Below, one piece after another: positions 29,439-39,720 of a stretch of DNA of 64,000 bases (position 1 is its first letter; every line of letters begins with the position of its first letter). Under the pieces are notes generated by a model. The model had not been told where the DNA came from and did not search any database. It saw only the letters and a program-made list of their open reading frames with translations. The DNA lies in assembly GCA_903831595.1 (NCBI GenBank), contig CAIKXY010000004.1:7152-71151 (forward strand), in the 5' to 3' direction. The stretch comes from an uncultured bacterium (lineage in GTDB: Bacteria; Patescibacteriota; Minisyncoccia; Phycocordibacterales; GWA1-40-21). Both the position numbers and the translations under genes were made by a program.

Positions 29439-30224
29439 TTACTTATTCAATATCGTATCAAGTATTGTCTTTACCATCTCAAATGGCAACGCGCCACTCA
29501 ACACAACGTCTTTTTTATCAGAAGAAATTATTACATTCTGTCCCAAACCATTTTTTACAATATAATCAGTCAAAGTACTTTCTGCACTTCCCGACAAAGC
29601 GGCTTTCAAAACCAAAACACTGTAAGGTGTTCCTTGTGCTCCTGCTTTTATGCCATCTTGAAAATCAGCTTCAACAGCAGCTGCATATTTTCCACTAGAT
29701 AAACAAGTATTAAATTTCGTGACATCAACACCAACAGATTTTGCAAATTCAGGGAGTTTTGCTGGATCAAGCTGATTGTTTGAAGGTGTATTTGTATAAA
29801 TTGTATCAAGCATTTTCCAGAAAGCTGTTTGCCCGCCAAGTTCATTTACACATTCTGTTGCTTCAGCTTCTTTTCTTGTTTTTGGATGGATAGAATCAAG
29901 AGGGAAATGTCTGTAAACCCAAGCCACTGTGCCAGCCTTAATATATGATTCTTTTACTGAATTCATTGTAGTTTGAAATACTTTACAATATGGGCATTCG
30001 GTATCGGAAAATTCTATAAGTGTAACCGGCGCATTTGGATTTCCAAGAAGATGATCGGTTGATGTTGCTGGACTTATAACAATGTCAGATGAATTATTTT
30101 GATTTGTATCAGCAACTGGTGCTGGAGAATTGCCTTTGTTTGATAAATATATACCTGCGGCCACGACAAACCCTGCCAAAATTATCGCTGCTGGAATTAC
30201 TAAATTATTTTTCTGCTCGTTCAT
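29439..30224 (-). CDS. DsbA-family thiol:disulfide oxidoreductase, membrane-anchored
   Basis: N-terminal TM helix. Thioredoxin fold with a CPYC active site (DTECPYCKVF). Confidence 0.8.
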   Translation of the reverse strand: MNEQKNNLVIPAAIILAGFVVAAGIYLSNKGNSPAPVADTNQNNSSDIVISPATSTDHLLGNPNAPVTLIEFSDTECPYCKVFQTTMNSVKESYIKAGTVAWVYRHFPLDSIHPKTRKEAEATECVNELGGQTAFWKMLDTIYTNTPSNNQLDPAKLPEFAKSVGVDVTKFNTCLSSGKYAAAVEADFQDGIKAGAQGTPYSVLVLKAALSGSAESTLTDYIVKNGLGQNVIISSDKKDVVLSGALPFEMVKTILDTILNK

Positions 30225-30292
30225 TTTATTTTATTTTGTTAATTATTAAAATTGTGCGATAATTATATCATATAAATTAATAAATAATAAAG

Positions 30293-31096
30293 ATGTCAAT
30301 TTTTAGTTCAATAATATTGGGGATTATACAAGGTGGAGCAGAATTTTTACCAATTTCTTCCTCAGGACATTTGATAATTGCTCGTGATATTTTTGGGTGG
30401 CATGGAAGTACAGACTTAGCTTTTGATGCAGTTTTGCAACTCGCAACAGTCATCGCTCTTATAGTTTATTTTCATAAAGATATTTGGAATATATTGAAAG
30501 CTTTTTTTGCAATGATACAAGGAAAGTTTGTTGAACAGAAAGAGAAAGTAATGATTTGGGCTATTATTATAGGCACAGTACCAGCAGTCATAGCCGGATT
30601 GGTTTTACAAAAATATATGGAAACAACTTTCCGCAGTGCAGTGCTTGTCTGTATAATTTTACTTATTGGAAGTGGGGTAATGTTTTTTGCAGAAAAGTTC
30701 GCTAGCAAAAATAAAGAACTAACAATCAAAAAGGGATTCTGGGTTGGAGTATTTCAATGTCTTGCGCTTGTTCCTGGATTTTCTCGTTCGGGTGCAACAA
30801 TTTCTGGAGGACTTATATTTGGACTTACTCGGGAAGAGGCAACAAGATTTAGTTTTTTACTTTCTGTCCCAATTCTATTAGGTTCAAGTCTTAAAGAATT
30901 GGTAAGTATTATTCGTTCTGGTGCCTTTGCGACAAACTCAATCAATTTATTATTTGGAACAATAGTAGCTTTTATTGTCGGACTTTTAGCAATCAAGTTT
31001 ATGATAAAATTTTTAAAAAATAATTCTTTAAATATTTTTATTTACTATCGTGTAATATTGGCAGTTGTAGTTTTGGGGATAATATTTTTTAAATAA
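30293..31096 (+). CDS. uppP: undecaprenyl-diphosphatase
   Basis: AEFLPISSSGHLII and SRSGATISGGL motifs. 267 aa. Confidence 0.9.
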   Translation: MSIFSSIILGIIQGGAEFLPISSSGHLIIARDIFGWHGSTDLAFDAVLQLATVIALIVYFHKDIWNILKAFFAMIQGKFVEQKEKVMIWAIIIGTVPAVIAGLVLQKYMETTFRSAVLVCIILLIGSGVMFFAEKFASKNKELTIKKGFWVGVFQCLALVPGFSRSGATISGGLIFGLTREEATRFSFLLSVPILLGSSLKELVSIIRSGAFATNSINLLFGTIVAFIVGLLAIKFMIKFLKNNSLNIFIYYRVILAVVVLGIIFFK

Positions 31097-31112
31097 AAAT
31101 TAAATACACGGA

Positions 31113-31143
31113 GAGAGACCGCGAAGCGGTCGGTCTTTTGTAT
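31113..31143 (+). terminator. rho-independent terminator after uppP
   Basis: GACCGC-gaa-GCGGTC hairpin followed by GGTCTTTTGTATT. Confidence 0.55.
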
Positions 31144-31232
31144 TACTTTATGACTTTTAACTTTTAAACTTTTGACTAAAAACAAAGGCTGCTACTTGCA
31201 AAATCTTTGTTTTTTGTGTAGTATATTGTCCT

Positions 31233-31550
31233 ATGGAATTTGCAGTAATAAAAACAGGAGGAAAGCAATATAAAGTAGCAAAAGGTGATTCTATCAAGAT
31301 AGAAAAGCTTTCAAATACAGCCAAAATTGGTGATAAAATAGCCTTTGAAGAGGTCCTTTTGGTAGATAATGGCAAAGACACAACTATTGGAACACCTTTT
31401 ATAAAAGGGGCAAAAGTTGAAGCTACTATTGAAGAAATAGGTAAGCTTCCAACCGTTACTGTCATCCACTACAAACAGAAAAGCAGATACTTCAAGAAAA
31501 ACGGACACAGACAACCATTCTTTAAAGTAAAAATAAATTCAATCAAGTAA
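31233..31550 (+). CDS. rplU: 50S ribosomal protein L21
   Basis: Starts MEFAVIKTGGKQYKV, typical of bL21. 105 aa. Confidence 0.9.
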   Translation: MEFAVIKTGGKQYKVAKGDSIKIEKLSNTAKIGDKIAFEEVLLVDNGKDTTIGTPFIKGAKVEATIEEIGKLPTVTVIHYKQKSRYFKKNGHRQPFFKVKINSIK

Positions 31551-31554
31551 TTTT

Positions 31555-31588
31555 AGAGTCGCGCCCTTCGGGCGCGACTCTTTATTTT
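31555..31588 (+). terminator. rho-independent terminator after rplU
   Basis: AGAGTCGCGCCC-ttcg-GGCGCGACTCT hairpin followed by TTTATTTT. Confidence 0.75.
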
Positions 31589-31633
31589 AATTTAGCATTT
31601 CATTTATTAAATTTTTTTGTTAGAATAAGAGCC

Positions 31634-33304
31634 GTGGAAAATAAATCTAAAAAATCTCATAAATATATTTTCGTTATCGGAGGTGTGATGTCTGGTGTGG
31701 GGAAAGGTATCGCAACTTCTTCTATTGGTGCGATTTTGCAATCAAAAGGCTTCGCCGTAAATCTTCTAAAAGTTGATCCTTATTTAAACGTCGATGCTGG
31801 AACTATGAATCCGGTTGAACACGGAGAAGTGTTTGTTTTAGATTCAGGACTTGAGACCGACCAAGATATGGGCAACTATGAAAGGTTCCTAAATAGAAGC
31901 CTTACAGGAGATGATTATATTACCTCAGGTATGGTCTATAAACACGTTATAGAGGCCGAAAGGGCCCTAAAATACGGGGGAAAATGCGTAGAGGCAATTC
32001 CACACATAAGAGACGAGATCATCCATAGATTCCAAAAATCAGGCAGAGTAAATGAGTCTGATATTACAGTTGTTGAGATAGGGGGAACTGTTGGTGACTA
32101 TCAAAATATTATGTTTATTGAAGCTGCACGTGTTATGAAAGTTATGCATCCAAATGATGTTGCATTTGTGATGGTCAGCTATATGCCTGTCCCATCAAAG
32201 CTCGGAGAAATGAAATCTAAACCAACGCAAAATGCTATTCGCCAACTTTATTCTTATGGAGTAAACCCTGATGTAATTATTGCAAGAAGCGAGGTTCCAA
32301 TGGATCAAAAAAGAAGAGAAAAAATTGCTGTATCTTGTAGCTTGCCAGTAGAACAAGTTATTTCTGCACCAGATATTGAAAGTGTTTTTGATGTCCCATT
32401 AAATTTTGAAAAAGATAATATGGGCAAAATGTTGATGAAGCTTTTGCATTTGAGAAAAAAACAAAATGAAACTGGAATCCACGCTTGGGTAAATTTTGCA
32501 AATAAAGTTAAAAATACAAAAGACACAGTTGATATAGCTATTGTAGGAAAATATTTTAATACTGGAGATTTTGTGCTTACCGACGCTTATGTTTCAGTGC
32601 TTGAAGCAATTAAATATTCTTCATATGCTCAAGGCAAAAAAGCTGTGATCCACACTATAAATTCAAGAGATTATGAAGGCAAACACAAGAGCCATGCTGA
32701 TTTTAAGGCACTAGAAAAATTTGATGGAATAATTGTTCCCGGTGGCTTTGGAGAAAGTGGAATAGAAGGGAAGCTTTCTGTTATTGAATATGTTAGAGAA
32801 AATAAAATTCCATATTTTGGACTTTGTTATGGTATGCAACTTATGGTGATTGAATATGCGAGAAATGTTTTGGGTCTTAAAGATGCAAATACTGCTGAAA
32901 TAAATCCAAACTCAAAAAATCTTGTCATAGATATTATGCCTGACCAAAAGAAGAAGCTTGAAATGTGTGATTACGGTGGAAGCATGCGACTTGGTGCATA
33001 CGACGCAAATCTAGTAAAGGGAACTGTTGCACATTCTGCATACAGTAAAGATATTATTCAAGAAAGACATAGACATAGATATGAAGTAAATACAGAATAC
33101 ATAGAACAACTTACAGACGCAGGACTTGTCTTTTCTGGCAAATCTCCAAGCGGAGTTCTTATGGAAATTGCAGAACTTCCAAAGAAAGTTCACCCATTCT
33201 TTTTAGGAACACAATTTCACCCTGAATTTTTAGCAAGACCACTTGCTCCACATCCTTTGTTTACTGAATTTATCAAAGAGGCTATTAAGAGAAAAGAAAA
33301 ATAA
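31634..33304 (+). CDS. pyrG: CTP synthase
   Basis: GTG start. N-terminal synthase domain (YIFVIGGVMSGVGKGI) and a C-terminal glutamine amidotransferase domain (GLCYGMQ). Confidence 0.95.
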   Translation: MENKSKKSHKYIFVIGGVMSGVGKGIATSSIGAILQSKGFAVNLLKVDPYLNVDAGTMNPVEHGEVFVLDSGLETDQDMGNYERFLNRSLTGDDYITSGMVYKHVIEAERALKYGGKCVEAIPHIRDEIIHRFQKSGRVNESDITVVEIGGTVGDYQNIMFIEAARVMKVMHPNDVAFVMVSYMPVPSKLGEMKSKPTQNAIRQLYSYGVNPDVIIARSEVPMDQKRREKIAVSCSLPVEQVISAPDIESVFDVPLNFEKDNMGKMLMKLLHLRKKQNETGIHAWVNFANKVKNTKDTVDIAIVGKYFNTGDFVLTDAYVSVLEAIKYSSYAQGKKAVIHTINSRDYEGKHKSHADFKALEKFDGIIVPGGFGESGIEGKLSVIEYVRENKIPYFGLCYGMQLMVIEYARNVLGLKDANTAEINPNSKNLVIDIMPDQKKKLEMCDYGGSMRLGAYDANLVKGTVAHSAYSKDIIQERHRHRYEVNTEYIEQLTDAGLVFSGKSPSGVLMEIAELPKKVHPFFLGTQFHPEFLARPLAPHPLFTEFIKEAIKRKEK

Positions 33305-33402
33305 TAAATCGTTTGACTTATTTTTTATTGCTGGTAAAGTATTCTACCAGGTGTACAAAAAACTAACTTTATTGTTAGTTATTTCTGTTTAAGGGGGCTA
33401 AA

Positions 33403-33588
33403 ATGGCAAAGACAAAGAAAAGAAGAGCGAAAAGGCAGTTTTTCAAGTACAGAAGAAAGCCAAAACTGATATTGATAGAAAAGCAGGAAAAGGAAAAAAT
33501 CGCGATAGAAGAGAAAGAAGGGAGAGAGCTACTTGAGAGGTTTACGGCCCAATGTCAAAAAGCGTGGCCTCCATATGCAAAGATCTAA
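33403..33588 (+). CDS. small highly basic protein (hypothetical)
   Basis: 61 aa reading MAKTKKRRAKRQFFKYRRKPK.... Preceded by a strong SD (AAGGGGG) 7 nt upstream, and the following hairpin could serve as a terminator. Confidence 0.45.
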   Translation: MAKTKKRRAKRQFFKYRRKPKLILIEKQEKEKIAIEEKEGRELLERFTAQCQKAWPPYAKI

Positions 33589-33596
33589 AGATTCAA

Positions 33597-33644
33597 TAAA
33601 AAAACCTCGAGGTAGCAATACCTCGAGGTTCTTTTTTTTATTTT
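33597..33644. terminator. bidirectional rho-independent terminator
   Basis: AACCTCGAGG-tagcaat-ACCTCGAGGTT hairpin with an A-run upstream and a T-run downstream. It lies between convergent genes. Confidence 0.7.
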
Positions 33645-33877
33645 AGTACCATCTTTAATATAGCAATCAGGCCAACAATAGCCCAAAGAATATTTACGAC
33701 TGCTACTTGATATGCTTTTTTATGAATAGATAAGGTTGCAAGTCCAATCCCTCCTGTAACATTTAATATTTGATACCAAATATTGGTTGGAGACAAGACA
33801 GAAAAAATTGCGAGCGAATACGTAAGTAAAATTGCAATTGTTCCATACCAACCAAAAAATTCAATAAATTTTTTCAT
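33638..33877 (-). CDS. small membrane protein (hypothetical)
   Basis: Start trimmed to an internal ATG (MKKFIEFFGW...) to avoid overlap with recR. Two to three TM helices. Confidence 0.4.
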   Translation of the reverse strand: MKKFIEFFGWYGTIAILLTYSLAIFSVLSPTNIWYQILNVTGGIGLATLSIHKKAYQVAVVNILWAIVGLIAILKMVLK

Positions 33878-33881
33878 AATT

Positions 33882-34499
33882 TTATTTTCTATTTTGAAAT
33901 GCGTTTTTAATAGTTTCTGGGTCTGAATATTCAAGCTCTGTACCCGTAGAAAGACCTCGACCGAGCTCTGAGATTTTTATTGAATATTTGCTCATTAAAG
34001 AAGATAGGGAAGTTTTTAAAATATTTGCTGTATATTCTCCCTCAGAATTGGCATCGAGACCAAGAATAATTTCTTTTAGGCCTTTTTCTGACATTCTGCT
34101 AACCAAAGCGAGAAGCTCTTTTAAACGAATTTTTTGCTCTGGGTTTTTATCAAGAATCGGCACAAGGCCACCAAGTACAAAGTATTTTCCAAAAAATGGA
34201 TGACTTCGCTCAACATTTTCCAAATCAACATCTCGGCTAACAATCATGAGAATGCTTTCATCTCTTTTTTTATCAGAACATATATCACATAAATTTTGAT
34301 TTTCGTGTTTAGAAAAATAATACCTTTTGCAATCAAAGCATGAGGAAACATTTTTTCTTAGTTCAACAATTTCATTTTTTAATTCATCAATATAGCCAAT
34401 ATTTTTGTTAATCAAAAAATATACAAACCTTCTGGCTTGTTTTGGCCCAATTCCTGGAAATTCAGAAAATATTTTAATTAGTTTATCAATACTATCCAT
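33882..34499 (-). CDS. recR: recombination protein RecR
   Basis: HhH domain (FPGIGPKQARRFVYFL), C4 zinc finger (CFDCKRYYF...CDICSD), and a Toprim domain. Start set at MDSIDKL, 4 nt after the dnaB stop. Confidence 0.88.
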   Translation of the reverse strand: MDSIDKLIKIFSEFPGIGPKQARRFVYFLINKNIGYIDELKNEIVELRKNVSSCFDCKRYYFSKHENQNLCDICSDKKRDESILMIVSRDVDLENVERSHPFFGKYFVLGGLVPILDKNPEQKIRLKELLALVSRMSEKGLKEIILGLDANSEGEYTANILKTSLSSLMSKYSIKISELGRGLSTGTELEYSDPETIKNAFQNRK

Positions 34500-34503
34500 T
34501 TTT

Positions 34504-35886
34504 TTAGAAGACCCCTTCAGGATTATTAAATTCTCCAAATTGTGCAGAATTGTCTATTGAAAGGAATGATGATTTGTCTTTATCAAAGAATAGTTTAACG
34601 ACACCTGTTGGACCGTTTCTGTGCTTTTCAATCAATATTTCAGCCTCTTGTTTTTTACCGCCACCTTCTTCATTTGCATCGCGGTGGATAAACAAAACAA
34701 CATCGGCATCTTGTTCAATTGAACCAGAATCTCTCAAGTCTGAAAGTCTTGGTTTTCCACCTCTTTGCTCAACCGCACGAGAAAGCTGTGAAAGAGCAAG
34801 GACAGGGACATCAAACTCTTTTGCAAGTTGTTTTAAAGAATGAGAAATTTCCGTAATCTGTTGGACCATATTATCTCCACCCCTTGTATGAATTGGCGTC
34901 ATGAGTTGTAAATAGTCTACAATTATAAGACCGAGTTTCTTTTCGTGTTTTAATCTGCGAACAATTGCACGAATTTTTAAAATATTATTTCCAGCTTGAT
35001 CATCAATAAATAGTGGTGCTTTTGAAAGGGGATCGAGCGCTGCAGAAATCCTTCCAAACTCTTCTTCAAGCTTTAGATTTCCAGTTCTTAATTCCCAAGC
35101 ACTAACTTTTGATTCAGCAGAAAGCATTCTATCTACAAGCTGATGTGCACTCATTTCAAGAGAAAATATTACGGTTGGGATACCATGTCTAATAGCTGCA
35201 TTTCTTGCAATGTCTAAGGCTAGAGAAGTTTTTCCGATAGATGGTCTTGCGGCAAGAATAATCAGGTCAGAGTTTTGAAGCCCAGAAAGTTTTGTGTCTA
35301 AATCTCTAAAGCCCGTTGGTACACCACGAAGAACACCTTTTGATTTGTGAATCCTATCAAGTCTTTCCATCGCTTCACCAAGGACATCTTTCATTTCAAA
35401 ATATTTACCTGAAATATTTTTTGTTGTAACCTCATATATTCTCTTTTCAGCTTTATCTAAAAGCTCGGCAATTTCAGTTTCTTCATCATAACCAATTTTT
35501 GCAATATGCTCAGCAGCTTCAATAAGCTTTCTCATTGTATGTTTTTTGGAAACAATTTCTGCGTAGTGTTCAACATTTGATGCGGAAGGAACTGAATTTA
35601 CAATTTCTGTAAGATAGCTCATCCCACCAATCCTATCTAAATCTACTGATTCTTTTAATTTTGAGGATAATGTAAGAATATCTATTGGTTCTCTTTTTTC
35701 ATAAAGTCTGAGCATCGCATCAAAAATCGTTCTATGTTTGTCTGCATAAAAAGCATCTGGTCGAAGGATATCCATCACTTCTACTATAACTTCAGGACGC
35801 AATAATATTGAGCCCAAAAGTGCCTGCTCTGATTCAACATTTTGTGGAGGGATTCTTATATTAATTTTTCTGTGTTCTGTTGTCAT
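34504..35886 (-). CDS. dnaB: replicative DNA helicase
   Basis: Walker A GARPSIGKTSLAL, plus DnaB N-terminal and RecA-like C-terminal domains. Confidence 0.92.
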   Translation of the reverse strand: MTTEHRKINIRIPPQNVESEQALLGSILLRPEVIVEVMDILRPDAFYADKHRTIFDAMLRLYEKREPIDILTLSSKLKESVDLDRIGGMSYLTEIVNSVPSASNVEHYAEIVSKKHTMRKLIEAAEHIAKIGYDEETEIAELLDKAEKRIYEVTTKNISGKYFEMKDVLGEAMERLDRIHKSKGVLRGVPTGFRDLDTKLSGLQNSDLIILAARPSIGKTSLALDIARNAAIRHGIPTVIFSLEMSAHQLVDRMLSAESKVSAWELRTGNLKLEEEFGRISAALDPLSKAPLFIDDQAGNNILKIRAIVRRLKHEKKLGLIIVDYLQLMTPIHTRGGDNMVQQITEISHSLKQLAKEFDVPVLALSQLSRAVEQRGGKPRLSDLRDSGSIEQDADVVLFIHRDANEEGGGKKQEAEILIEKHRNGPTGVVKLFFDKDKSSFLSIDNSAQFGEFNNPEGVF

Positions 35887-35971
35887 TGATTTATTTTATA
35901 TACTCATATTATCACGTGCAGTAAAATAACTGCAATAGAAAAACACTGAATAATATGTTGTTAATTTGTGG

Positions 35972-36008
35972 AGAAAAAAGAAGGGTTTCTGCAAAGCAGA
36001 AACCCTTC
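35972..36008 (-). terminator. rho-independent terminator downstream of the corA-like gene
   Basis: 13-bp stem GAAGGGTTTCTGC / GCAGAAACCCTTC. On the minus strand it is followed by TTTTTTCTCC. Confidence 0.65.
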
Positions 36009-36055
36009 AATTCACATTTGTACATCTTGACTTGTAGCCAACTTTTTAATCTAAA

Positions 36056-36970
36056 TTAAATCCACTTTTTTAATTTTGCAAATATAAATAATGATAATGA
36101 AACAACTATTTCAATGCCTATGACAACAAACCACGTGTAATGAAATTGTGAAAATGGTATATGTTCAATATTCATCTGAAAATAACCGGTAATAATTGAG
36201 AATGGTATTGTGATAAACGCAAAAACAGTAAGAACCTTCATTGTTTCGTTTTGTTTTGCAGAAAGAAGAGAATCATTTGTACTTCTAAGCTCGCGCAAAA
36301 AATCAATGCTATTTTTCAAAACCTTTATGATTCGATGGTATTCATTTAATATTTTTGCAAAATTTTCTGTAAAATTTTTATCAAATAATTTACCTCCGGA
36401 AGAAATAAGTGAACTTATTACCTCATGCGTAAGAATTATATTATTAAAATTAATTAAATCTTTATTAACATGAGAGATCTCCGTTACCATTTCTTTCTCC
36501 ATTCCTTTAAAAATATTCCTCTCTATCTCTTTCAAAATATCGTTTATACTATCAACCTCATCAGACATTGCCTTGTAAAGTTCTTTTACAAGGTAATATA
36601 GGACGTATCCAGCATCATCTTTCATTAACCCATTTTGAAGTATATTGTTCATTTCGAAAGTCTTAGCAAATCTTTCAAGTGCATCAATGTGTTCATACCT
36701 TGTAGTAATAATAAAATCCCTTCCAACAATAAAATCAATTTCCTGCTCAGAAGAATTATGTGAGTGTGTATGGCGTATACTTGGGAAGTGTAAGACCATA
36801 TAAAGATAATCTTTCGACAAAAGGACTTTTTCTTTATAAGTTGGAAGTTGAAGTTCGCGAGCTACATCTGGATTGATATCATATTGCTCCATCAAATCGT
36901 GTATTTCTTCTGGCGTTGGGTTTTCAGCGTCAATCCATGTTATTGAATTATTTGTATATTTTTTGAGCAT
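36056..36970 (-). CDS. CorA-family divalent cation transporter (variant FQMN in place of GMN)
   Basis: 304 aa. Cytoplasmic N-domain plus two C-terminal TM helices with YFQMN at the first TM. Confidence 0.6.
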   Translation of the reverse strand: MLKKYTNNSITWIDAENPTPEEIHDLMEQYDINPDVARELQLPTYKEKVLLSKDYLYMVLHFPSIRHTHSHNSSEQEIDFIVGRDFIITTRYEHIDALERFAKTFEMNNILQNGLMKDDAGYVLYYLVKELYKAMSDEVDSINDILKEIERNIFKGMEKEMVTEISHVNKDLINFNNIILTHEVISSLISSGGKLFDKNFTENFAKILNEYHRIIKVLKNSIDFLRELRSTNDSLLSAKQNETMKVLTVFAFITIPFSIITGYFQMNIEHIPFSQFHYTWFVVIGIEIVVSLSLFIFAKLKKWI

Positions 36971-37080
36971 TTTATTATAATAATTATTAAACTTACATAT
37001 ATATTATATATCGTATGGCAAAGTATAACAATAGCTATTATGTTGGACATAAACAATATTTTTTGAGATAATACGTTGAC

Positions 37081-38319
37081 ATGAATAATAATATTTATAG
37101 ATATAAATTAGTATTAATTATTTTAATTCTAATAGCAGTTTCATTCGAAATTGGCATATATTTTGGTAAATCAACGAAATATAATGGTAATTTAAATAAT
37201 ATTATTTTAAATGGCACAACCTCAACACAGTATATCTCAACTTCTACAGCAAATATGGATGCTTTTTGGGAAACTTGGAATATTTTAAGTAATAAATTTG
37301 TCTATACGCATAAGGATGCTAAAAAAATAACAGACCAAGACAAAATTTGGGGAGCAATTCAAGGATTGACGGCGGTTTATGGAGATCCATACACAGTATT
37401 TATGCCTCCAGAAGAAAGTAAAGCGTTTGCTGGAGACATAAGTGGAAATTTTGAGGGCGTAGGAATGGAATTAGCCATAAAGGAAAAAAACATTGTTGTT
37501 GTTGCGCCGTTAAAAGGAACGCCGGCTTATAATGCTGGTGTACAAAAAGGTGATGTTATTCTTTCAATTGACGGGAAAAAAACAGATGGGATGAACGTAG
37601 ATGAGGCGGTAAAACTTATTCGTGGAAAAGCCGGTACAATTGTTACTATTAAATTTGCTAGAGTAGGAAAGACTGAACCAATTGAAATAAAAATTACTCG
37701 AGGTATCATTGACGTTCCAACAGCAGACACAGAAATAAAAGGGGATATATTTGTAATTAAACTATACAATTTTTATGCACCGTCAGCTGACAAGTTTAGA
37801 TTGGCACTTCGTGATTTTATTGCATCAGGAAAAACAAAATTAATTCTTGACCTTCGAGGAAACCCTGGTGGTTACTTAGAATCAGCCGTAGATATGGCAA
37901 GCTGGTTTCTCCCTTTGGGCAAAACAGTTGTAAAAGAAAATTTTGGTCCAAACATTGAAGAACAAATATATAGAAGCAAAGGTTATGATGTTTTTAATAG
38001 CAATTTACAAATGATCATTCTTGCTGATAGTGGTTCAGCATCAGCGTCTGAAATTTTAGCTGGAGCACTTCAAGAACACAAAATTGCAAAACTCGTTGGT
38101 ACAAAAACTTTTGGAAAAGGTTCTGTACAAGAATTGATCAACATAACACCAGATACTTCATTAAAAGTAACAGTTGCAAGATGGCTTACGCCAAATGGAA
38201 TATCTATATCAGATGGAGGTTTAACTCCTGACTATGAAGTAAATATGACAGCAGATGATCTAAAAGCAAATAAAGATCCTCAGATGGACAAAGCGATAAA
38301 TTTATTAGATAACAAATAA
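37081..38319 (+). CDS. ctpA: carboxyl-terminal processing protease (S41, PDZ domain)
   Basis: N-terminal TM helix, a PDZ domain, and an S41 catalytic region (GNPGGYL, ...[15 protein letters not shown]...). Confidence 0.85.
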   Translation: MNNNIYRYKLVLIILILIAVSFEIGIYFGKSTKYNGNLNNIILNGTTSTQYISTSTANMDAFWETWNILSNKFVYTHKDAKKITDQDKIWGAIQGLTAVYGDPYTVFMPPEESKAFAGDISGNFEGVGMELAIKEKNIVVVAPLKGTPAYNAGVQKGDVILSIDGKKTDGMNVDEAVKLIRGKAGTIVTIKFARVGKTEPIEIKITRGIIDVPTADTEIKGDIFVIKLYNFYAPSADKFRLALRDFIASGKTKLILDLRGNPGGYLESAVDMASWFLPLGKTVVKENFGPNIEEQIYRSKGYDVFNSNLQMIILADSGSASASEILAGALQEHKIAKLVGTKTFGKGSVQELINITPDTSLKVTVARWLTPNGISISDGGLTPDYEVNMTADDLKANKDPQMDKAINLLDNK

Positions 38320-38323
38320 TATA

Positions 38324-38770
38324 ATGAAGATTATACTTATCAAAGATGTCAAAAAAATTGGGAAAAAATATGAAATAAAGGAAGTCGCAGATGGCTACGC
38401 GCTGAACGCCCTTATCCCTTATGGACTTGCAGTACCTGCAACACAAAATTATTTAAAAGGAATCGAGGAAAGAAAGAAAAGAGATGCAATTTTAAAAGAA
38501 GATTTCAAAAAAGCTTTTGAATATGCAGTTAGTAAACTTCCAGACGGCAAGCTTCACATAAGTGGAAAAGTAAATGAAAAAGGACACCTTTTTGCTGGTA
38601 TTCATGAAGGGCAAGTAATTGATGAATTTAAGAAAGAAACTGGAGTTATTCTTTCTCCAGAACATTTTGATCTAGAAAAACCAATCAAAGAGGTTGGAGA
38701 ACATCCAATTGAGTTAAAAGTTGAAGGTCAAGTCTACAAACTAAATATTGTAATAAAAGCAGGGAAGTAA
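38324..38770 (+). CDS. rplI: 50S ribosomal protein L9
   Basis: Starts [32 protein letters not shown], typical of bL9. Confidence 0.9.
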   Translation: MKIILIKDVKKIGKKYEIKEVADGYALNALIPYGLAVPATQNYLKGIEERKKRDAILKEDFKKAFEYAVSKLPDGKLHISGKVNEKGHLFAGIHEGQVIDEFKKETGVILSPEHFDLEKPIKEVGEHPIELKVEGQVYKLNIVIKAGK

Positions 38771-38782
38771 GTTAATAAAATA

Positions 38783-38820
38783 CAAAAAGGCGGCGCCGTT
38801 GGCGCCGCCTTTTTGTATTT
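38783..38820. terminator. bidirectional rho-independent terminator between rplI and rpmA
   Basis: AGGCGGCGCC-gtt-GGCGCCGCCT hairpin flanked by an A-run and a T-run. Confidence 0.75.
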
Positions 38821-38822
38821 TA

Positions 38823-39095
38823 TTATAAAACGTGAACTATATTTCTTCTTGTAACCGTTGAGTCAAAATTATTTTTTCTTTTTGTTCCGTATTCAACAAC
38901 TCCATCTTTTAGTGCAAAAAGTGTATGGTCTTTACCAACACCAACATTCTTACCAGCGAGAGTGTCTCTGCCTTTTTGTCTTAAAATTATTTGTCCAACT
39001 TTTGTTTTTTCTCCAGAGTTAATTTTAACACCAAGGTATCTTGGATTGGAGTCTCTTCCGTTTTTGGACGAACCTGCTGCTTTTTTATGTGCCAT
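38823..39095 (-). CDS. rpmA: 50S ribosomal protein L27
   Basis: Starts [24 protein letters not shown]. Confidence 0.92.
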   Translation of the reverse strand: MAHKKAAGSSKNGRDSNPRYLGVKINSGEKTKVGQIILRQKGRDTLAGKNVGVGKDHTLFALKDGVVEYGTKRKNNFDSTVTRRNIVHVL

Positions 39096-39152
39096 GATTA
39101 ATTATTTACTTAACAAACTATCCCTTTTCGCAGGGATTTCTGATACAATAAC

Positions 39153-39596
39153 GTGCATATGAGTATAAAAGATTTTACAGAAAAAATCAAGCTCTTTTTG
39201 GGTGATATTAAAAATAGAGTATATAGCAGAGAAAAAGGCCTTAAAATTAAAGACGACATATATATCATAATTACTATAATACTTGTCGGAACGGCCTCTT
39301 TTGGGCTTGGTAAGCTATCAAGTTTTGAGAAAAACAAAGTCCCAATTTCAATATTTAAGACTCAAGATGCGATGTACGCAACTGTTATGAAAGACACTTT
39401 AAATAATCCGCAACCAAACTCAATAGCTCAAACAAGCGGGGGAGTCGTTGCTTCCAAATCTGGAACAAAATATTACTATCCTTGGTGTTCTGGAGTATCA
39501 AAAATCAAAGAAGGAAACAAAGTTTGGTATAAAAGTATTGAAGAGGCTAGGTCGGCAGGGCTTACTCCAGCCTCAAATTGTGTTGGGTTGAAATAA
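39153..39596 (+). CDS. membrane-anchored protein with a C-terminal Ada-like/sunset-type putative metal-binding motif
   Basis: N-terminal TM helix. C-terminal KYYYPWCSG...EEARSAGLTPASNC resembles the sunset/Ada-like Zn-ribbon pattern. Weak assignment. Confidence 0.35.
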   Translation: MHMSIKDFTEKIKLFLGDIKNRVYSREKGLKIKDDIYIIITIILVGTASFGLGKLSSFEKNKVPISIFKTQDAMYATVMKDTLNNPQPNSIAQTSGGVVASKSGTKYYYPWCSGVSKIKEGNKVWYKSIEEARSAGLTPASNCVGLK

Positions 39597-39720
39597 TATG
39601 TAGCTTTAACAATTATTTGCTATAAACTATACCACAAATATCTGGTATAATCAACTAATATATGGCTTAGCTAAGCCATATTTTCTTGTTTGACTAATAC
39701 AAAAATAAGTGCCGTAACCA

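Noticed and set aside
29384-29698. 104-aa plus-strand ORF
   Set aside because: It begins inside the direct repeat and terminator and runs antisense to the well-supported dsbA-like gene.
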